DNA of 64,000 nt, from NCBI GenBank assembly GCA_963819815.1, contig CAWFXL010000001.1:1472001-1536000 (forward strand). The letters are read 5' to 3'. Below are positions 59,801-64,000 of this stretch, piece by piece. The position numbers were made by a program, and so were the translations under genes. This stretch comes from an uncultured bacterium (lineage in GTDB: Bacteria; Babelota; Babeliae; Babelales; Babelaceae). Below the pieces are notes generated by a model that ran no database searches, was not told the DNA's origin, and was given only the letters and a program-made list of their open reading frames with translations. The stretch's first letter is position 1. The number at the start of each line of letters is the position of its first letter.

Positions 59801-60266
59801 GTTCATCAGCCTTGGTATACTGCTCCTGCATAAGAAGAGACGGTATATGGCCTCCCAAGCAGGCAGTAGTGACAATGAGACCTTCATTATACTGTTCAAG
59901 GAGTTTGTAATCGATCCGTGGCTTAAAGTAAAACCCTTCTTGGTAGGCATAAGAAATAAGTTTACAGAGATTTTTGTAGCCGGTGGCATTTTGAACGAGA
60001 ATAATGAGGTGATAGTACTTATTTTCACTGAGTTTAAGTCGTGCATCTTCAGTAAAGTATGCTTCCATGCCAAGAACAGGCTTGATACCAGCTTGATTTG
60101 CAGCTTCAAAGAACTTAACCGCCCCAAATATGTTCCCATGATCAGTAATGGCGAGTGCTTTAAGCTTGTGCTCTTTCCCAAACTTAATAAGCTTCTTGAT
60201 GGTAATAGCACCATCGAGGAGCGAATAGTCAGAGTGAAGATGCAGATGCGTAAAGTGTTTTTCCAT
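56844..60266 (-). CDS. dnaE: DNA polymerase III subunit alpha
   Basis: PHP 'HLHLHSDYSLLDG', 'GPGRGSAAGS', 'ERFLNPER.SMPDIDIDF', 'KMDFLGL', 'YGFNKSH'. Confidence 0.98.
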   Translation of the reverse strand: MEKHFTHLHLHSDYSLLDGAITIKKLIKFGKEHKLKALAITDHGNIFGAVKFFEAANQAGIKPVLGMEAYFTEDARLKLSENKYYHLIILVQNATGYKNLCKLISYAYQEGFYFKPRIDYKLLEQYNEGLIVTTACLGGHIPSLLMQEQYTKADERIDWFLRVFGEERFYLEVQPADQQEQVILNNRLYEVSKRRGIQLVAAGDCHYVSQDDHEAHETMLAIQTHAKVSDTDRFTFGDCRAYIRTPDEMLVSFKDHEDAVWNSGKIADSCNFQFETGKLFFPKFELPPDYTEDTYFHKICFEGLNKLLDSERIERIKEQEYRDRLELEVQLIIKMGFVGYFLVVSDFIAWARANDIPVGPGRGSAAGSLVAWSLQITDIDPLKYNLLFERFLNPERVSMPDIDIDFCINGRDAVINYVKDRYGHDKVCQIITFGTMLAKGVIKDVARALGFPFEDSNTLTNFIPDQLKITLDEAIKQEPKLQEMIDTNPQVAKLFDLAKRLEGVTRHASKHAAGIVIAPEPISDMLPVFVPPKTSDLVTQYAMTELETLGFLKMDFLGLKNLTLIKHTTDLIKKLHGTVIDITRIPLDDPKTFVLLGKGETSGVFQLESSGLKEVLRKLQPACFEDIIAVNALYRPGPLGSGMVDDFIERKHGRQEIIYLFPELEPLLSETYGVIVYQEQVIKIASTIGGYSLGEADILRRAMGKKKVEVMDEQRKIFMDKATARNFDTEKAKELFDLMAYFAGYGFNKSHSAAYALIAYQTAYLKANYPAEFLACLISLEMGNAESMAKYVYEARDRGLKVLPPDINESQTDFTVVNGVIRFGLRGIKNVGMAALDSMLAHRTEGGPFKDLLDFCKRIDLRTCNKRVIENLISAGAFDSLPGNRAQKHEELPKVIEKALEKKKSEQTGQMGLFDLPQTNIEKHVEYTFHPLAEWSDSEKLEKEKEVLGLYISAQPLDSYVHHIQWINALSFEQAAQLPAETLVITCGTLKSHKVITTKKGDKMAFALFEDYQSKAEIVIFPKTFAQSEEHLKSYSVFIVKGAVDASSDIIKIKAQTIIPLDLLFELKLATKVVLQLPAAVTTDILATLKRTAQPGTVPLELQFTEQERRFSLLAKERITVTEKFLKELKEYNILAHIHI

Positions 60267-60447
60267 GGCCCACATAGTAGCAGGGATTTATCAGTAGTGC
60301 GTACTTTTAGTATACCACACTGGTGATATTTGGGTAAGGGCAAACGTGTTACGAAAATATAGTTGGTTAATGCATCAATGTGAGGAGATTGGTTTAAGAA
60401 AGGGCTACTTTAGAGAGTATTTATATGATTTCATAATCAGAAGAGCT

Positions 60448-60657
60448 CTATTTAATAAATAAGCGTTTTACTTCATCTTGGGAACGATACTCTTTTTCTT
60501 GTTCGAATGCTTTTTCAGCCACCGAACCAAAATACATGTCTTCGATTTCTTCAATCAATTTCTCATACTGGTCTAGGCTCAAGATGACGCCGGTTTTTTT
60601 TCCAGAAGCATCAATAATGTATTGTGGCTCGAACTCTTCTAGTGTGTTTTTTTTCAT
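60448..60657 (-). CDS. Small antitoxin-like protein (RelB/Phd-like), no intact toxin downstream
   Basis: 'QYIIDASGKKTGVILSLDQYEKLIEEIED...DEVK' pattern; AAGGA RBS. Confidence 0.65.
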   Translation of the reverse strand: MKKNTLEEFEPQYIIDASGKKTGVILSLDQYEKLIEEIEDMYFGSVAEKAFEQEKEYRSQDEVKRLFIK

Positions 60658-60742
60658 AATTATTTCCTTTTTAGGTAGATGCGCATATTATATCTATGAT
60701 TAATCATAATATCGCAATCAGATAAAGAGCGCTATTGCTATT

Positions 60743-61939
60743 TTAATTTCTCTTTTCCTCTAAGATGTCGTGAATCAAGTGTCCTGAAGATTGCCAGCTT
60801 AAAACCGAAGCCTGTGGCCAGTGCTGGGTATCTGAACCACCATAGATAACGTAATTAGAAGAGTTTGATGTTTGAGTGATTGAGTTCCAGAATTGAATGC
60901 TCTTGAAAAAGTCTGGCGCAATCGTTTTGCTTGATTTAATTTCAACTGCAAGTGGATGGGGCTTTATATCAATAATCGCATCAATTTCATGACCTGTATG
61001 ATCACGCCAAAAGTACAGGTTTGGTGTTCGGTCGAGATTGAAAAATTGCTTATTCAAATCACTCATAATACAGGTTTCGATTAATGAGCCACGAAGATAG
61101 CTATGGGAAACATCGTCTACCGTGTTTAAACCAAGTAATGAACAGGCAAGTCCCGTATCTACAAAATATAATTTGGGTGTTTTGACTAGACGCTTTCCGT
61201 ATTTTTCATAGTAAGGCTGCACAAGAAATACGATATAGGAAGATACAAGTAATGAAAGCCATGCATTGACTGTATGATAGGAGATTCCAAGATCTTCAGC
61301 AATGGATGATAAGTTTAATAATTGGCCCGATCGGGCAGCACAAGTTATGATAAACTTTTTAAAGAGCAATAGATCCGTTATGTATTTAATCTGTCGTATG
61401 TCTTGCTCAACATAGGTTTCTATATAATTTTTATAGAGAATGCTTATAGGAACGTCCTGGCCATAGAGTTTTGGATAGCTACCCTTTAAGACATAATCCT
61501 CAATTCGATCAGCCAGTAGACTGGCTTCTCGGAGCTCCTGAATTGAAAGAGGGAAAAGCGTAAGCTTCGCTACTCTACCGGCGAGGCTTTGAGTAATCCG
61601 CTCATCGAGAGCGAAATTCTGCGAACCGGTTAAAATATAGCGACCATTCTTTGGATCTTCATCAGCAAGGACCTGGACATAGGAAAAAAGGTCCGGAGCA
61701 TGCTGTGCTTCGTCAATAATAATGCCAGTTTTACCCAAGAAGTCCTTTAGGAATCTTTTTGGATCGGCTGATGCAAGGCTCCGCAAGGTAAGGTCTTCAA
61801 GATTGACATAGGCGTGATCAGGAAATACGAGACGTGCAAGTGTTGTTTTTCCTGATTGCCGCGGTCCAAGTATGGCTACCACAGGGAAGTGCTTTGCTGC
61901 TTCTACCAACTGTTGATGCAAACTGCGTTTTATTATCAT
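60743..61939 (-). CDS. AAA+ ATPase with C-terminal DUF4143 domain (AAA_14/DUF4143)
   Basis: 'MIIKR', Walker A 'GPRQSGKTT', 'IIDEAQ', 'LTGS', 'SLAGR', 'KTPKLYFVDTGL', 'YFWRD..GHEIDAII...AVEIKS'. Confidence 0.92.
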   Translation of the reverse strand: MIIKRSLHQQLVEAAKHFPVVAILGPRQSGKTTLARLVFPDHAYVNLEDLTLRSLASADPKRFLKDFLGKTGIIIDEAQHAPDLFSYVQVLADEDPKNGRYILTGSQNFALDERITQSLAGRVAKLTLFPLSIQELREASLLADRIEDYVLKGSYPKLYGQDVPISILYKNYIETYVEQDIRQIKYITDLLLFKKFIITCAARSGQLLNLSSIAEDLGISYHTVNAWLSLLVSSYIVFLVQPYYEKYGKRLVKTPKLYFVDTGLACSLLGLNTVDDVSHSYLRGSLIETCIMSDLNKQFFNLDRTPNLYFWRDHTGHEIDAIIDIKPHPLAVEIKSSKTIAPDFFKSIQFWNSITQTSNSSNYVIYGGSDTQHWPQASVLSWQSSGHLIHDILEEKRN

Positions 61940-62198
61940 ATTTGTCCTCTCCCAGAATGTGTATGCACTTATGTATGTAACTTTCTTGCCTGCGTTTCTA
62001 AATTTACATGGTTATTGGGGAAGTTGCAATGATTTTAAGGAAAAATTCCTAAAAAAACAATGGCAAAACATCTTCTAAAATTTCCTATGGATCAACATTT
62101 CTAACTTTTCAAGTAACATTAGCAATCAAACTTCTAATTTTACAAATTTAGATCGTTGGTAATGCCCTAATACTGACAACCCACCAGTAGCCGTCAAG

Positions 62199-62312
62199 GC
62201 AATATTCCTTAGGAAAACGTGCTGATTTTCACGTTTTTCCAACGAATAACGTGTGAGGTGACTACGTTTTTCTAAGGAATATTGCGAGTTTCGACACGTT
62301 TTCCTAACAAAT
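62199..62312. repeat. Operator-like array: one inverted and three direct ~20-bp units, 32-33-bp period
   Basis: GCAATATTCCTTAGGAAAACGTG (62199-62221) is nearly the reverse complement of TACGTTTTTCTAAGGAATATTGC (62263-62285); related copies at 62230 and 62295. Confidence 0.8.
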
Positions 62313-62313
62313 C

Positions 62314-62795
62314 CATCTTGTGGAGGCACCAAAATTTCCTCTATCTGCCTATGCAGACACTGATACGTTTAAGGTTTTTCTCTTAGATGTAGGCTTGCTC
62401 GGGGCCCAAAGCTCACTTTCTGCCCGTACTATCATTGAGGGCGATCGCCTATTTACAGAGTTTAAAGGGGCATTAACTGAAAATTTCATTGCACAGGAAT
62501 TAATCGCGACCTCATCCAAGAAGCTGTATTATTGGAAAAGTGCGGGAACGGCAGAATTTGATTTTCTTCTTGAATTAGATCATGAAATTTACCCGCTAGA
62601 GGTTAAGTCTGGGGAAAGTACGAAAAAAAAGAGTCTGGTCATCTATGGCCAAAAAACCATTCATCCTTGCTTCTGCGCACTACACTGATGAATTTAAAGG
62701 CCGATGGCAAGATCATAAACTATCCTCTCTATCTTATAAGTCTTATACAGAAAAGTGTTCCCGATGAGAGAGTCAGGGAGTCGGTGAAAGATTAA
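62314..62795 (+). pseudogene. 5'-truncated, frameshifted DUF4143-type ATPase remnant (C-terminal domain only)
   Basis: 'PKFPLSAY..DTFKVFLLDVGLLGA...FTEFKGALTENFIAQEL...YYW...AEFDFLL...PLEVKSG'; no Walker motifs; continues in another frame after the A-run near 62651 ('...KIINYPLYLI'). Confidence 0.8.
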
Positions 62796-62840
62796 GAGTA
62801 TCTTTCGTTCGACTTCTACTTTTTCAAATAGGGGCGATCT

Positions 62841-64000
62841 CTAAATTTCTTCGACCTTTTCACCGGTGATGCGTATGCGGATACCGTCAAGCGTAGTTAA
62901 CTCAAACCCTTTGAATGTGTGCTCGCAGTAGCAGCATGCATGGTCCTGTAGATAGGTAATAGCAATATATTCACCGAGGCGCATACCATAATCAGCATCG
63001 GCGCGATAATGAATACCCGCAAAGTTCCTTCCAAAGGCAATATTTGAAGCAAGCTTGTTAAGCTCTCCGCCGATTGTCATCTGATCTTCGCCTTCGTTTG
63101 AGAGAGGGATGAGCTTTGAAGGATCTTTAGGATCAGGTTTTACCGGTGCAAGTACTGAGGAGAATAATGCCGTGTCGTTAAACATTGCTTTTAATATAGT
63201 GATATAAGCTCCTGCAAAAGTAGCATGACCTGATGGATAGCTTGGGTGTAGAGGAGAACCTTCAGGGTAGGCTAAGGGCATCAGGCAGGTTGCCGCACCT
63301 TGGTGTTTGTTGGCACGTTCTACCCATTTAAGAAGATCTATGCCACCATGGCACTTAAAAAGCTCCTTAGCGACATAGGTACATTCGGTGTCACGTTTCT
63401 TACCAAGATAAACAAGGTTTGCGTATTCTTCAGGACGAAGTACACGCTGAGCACGCCATTTGTGAGCCCATGCAGCTTTTCCTGCAGCAGAGCATACAGC
63501 GCCAACCATTGCTGATACATCTACAAAGCCTAACGTCGCGAATGGATCTTCATGAGGCATACTGCCATTTACGTAGGGGTTTGCTGGAGATCCAGGAAAT
63601 CGGAGAGCATATAGAATACGGAGTGCATTGTACGCCCATTCGTAGGGATAATCGAAATGCACTATACTTGCGAGATCTCTCCCGGTTGTTATATAGCGTT
63701 TAGAATGGCTCTTGTAATCATCCTTTTCGTAAGGCTCAGGTATTTGGCCATTTTGTATAGTACTATAATCTGATACAGAGATACCAAAATTTCGGTCGCG
63801 AGCTATTGGATAGAGCTGCTCGATTTTAAAGATGTCTTGAGGTAAGTTAGCAAACCCAACTGCAGGTGGAAAGGTTGCTTCGGGAATCGACATAGGCTGA
63901 AACAAAAATTGTGAAACATACGGTCCTACAAGGGTTCCCGCTACGTTGCCTCTAAAAAGTGTAGATGAGTCGACCTTGTATTTAGCATTCAAAGGCCCTT
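62841..64000 (-). CDS. Vanadium-dependent haloperoxidase / PAP2-superfamily protein; 5' end lies outside the window
   Basis: 'AWAHKW...RVLRPEEY', 'PEGSPLHPSYPSGHA', 'GELNKLASNIAFGRNFAGIHYRAD'. Confidence 0.88.
   Translation of the reverse strand, partial: GPLNAKYKVDSSTLFRGNVAGTLVGPYVSQFLFQPMSIPEATFPPAVGFANLPQDIFKIEQLYPIARDRNFGISVSDYSTIQNGQIPEPYEKDDYKSHSKRYITTGRDLASIVHFDYPYEWAYNALRILYALRFPGSPANPYVNGSMPHEDPFATLGFVDVSAMVGAVCSAAGKAAWAHKWRAQRVLRPEEYANLVYLGKKRDTECTYVAKELFKCHGGIDLLKWVERANKHQGAATCLMPLAYPEGSPLHPSYPSGHATFAGAYITILKAMFNDTALFSSVLAPVKPDPKDPSKLIPLSNEGEDQMTIGGELNKLASNIAFGRNFAGIHYRADADYGMRLGEYIAITYLQDHACCYCEHTFKGFELTTLDGIRIRITGEKVEEI

Noticed and set aside
62126..62332. 68-aa minus-strand ORF with repeated 'YSLEKR'
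   Set aside because: It arises from the 33-bp-period DNA repeats and has no RBS or recognisable family.
231..63703. Numerous 60-200-aa ORFs antisense to or nested in identified genes
   Set aside because: They are shadow frames of well-supported genes, with no motifs or RBS support.

Overview
A bacterial chromosomal segment using the standard code. Its gene repertoire suggests a small-genome, host-associated lineage such as Ca. Dependentiae/TM6, but this is an inference. The backbone is housekeeping: metG 3' end, topA, rsmG, gatCA, mreC, sppA, rpmE-prfA, sbcC, nfo, gap, rnhA, tatD, HU, serS, hemW, secD, an ATP-dependent DNA ligase, PIN-PhoH, dnaE and six tRNAs (Val, Asn, Asp, Ile2, Leu, Met). 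Single accessory genes are interspersed. There is no rRNA, CRISPR array, integrase or transposase. Four signals stand out. (1) Six intergenic arrays of operator-like inverted or direct repeats, each with its own sequence. Three sit directly upstream of AAA+ ATPase/PD-(D/E)xK-type genes or a 5'-deleted remnant of one, two of them overlapping predicted sigma70 promoters. Three are orphans, and one orphan has the same 55/140-bp geometry as an ATPase-linked array. (2) A set of cysteine-rich exported proteins: two tandem PstS-like paralogues with 11-12-Cys tails and no pstCAB nearby, a beta-helix protein sharing a CTGxTCP motif, an orphan solute-binding protein and a vanadium haloperoxidase. (3) A self-contained operon of three small, highly charged proteins. 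(4) A HUMPS-family protein lacking its catalytic residues. Indel clusters in secD and in a RelE-like toxin, plus a GATC-dense patch, suggest local sequence-quality problems.
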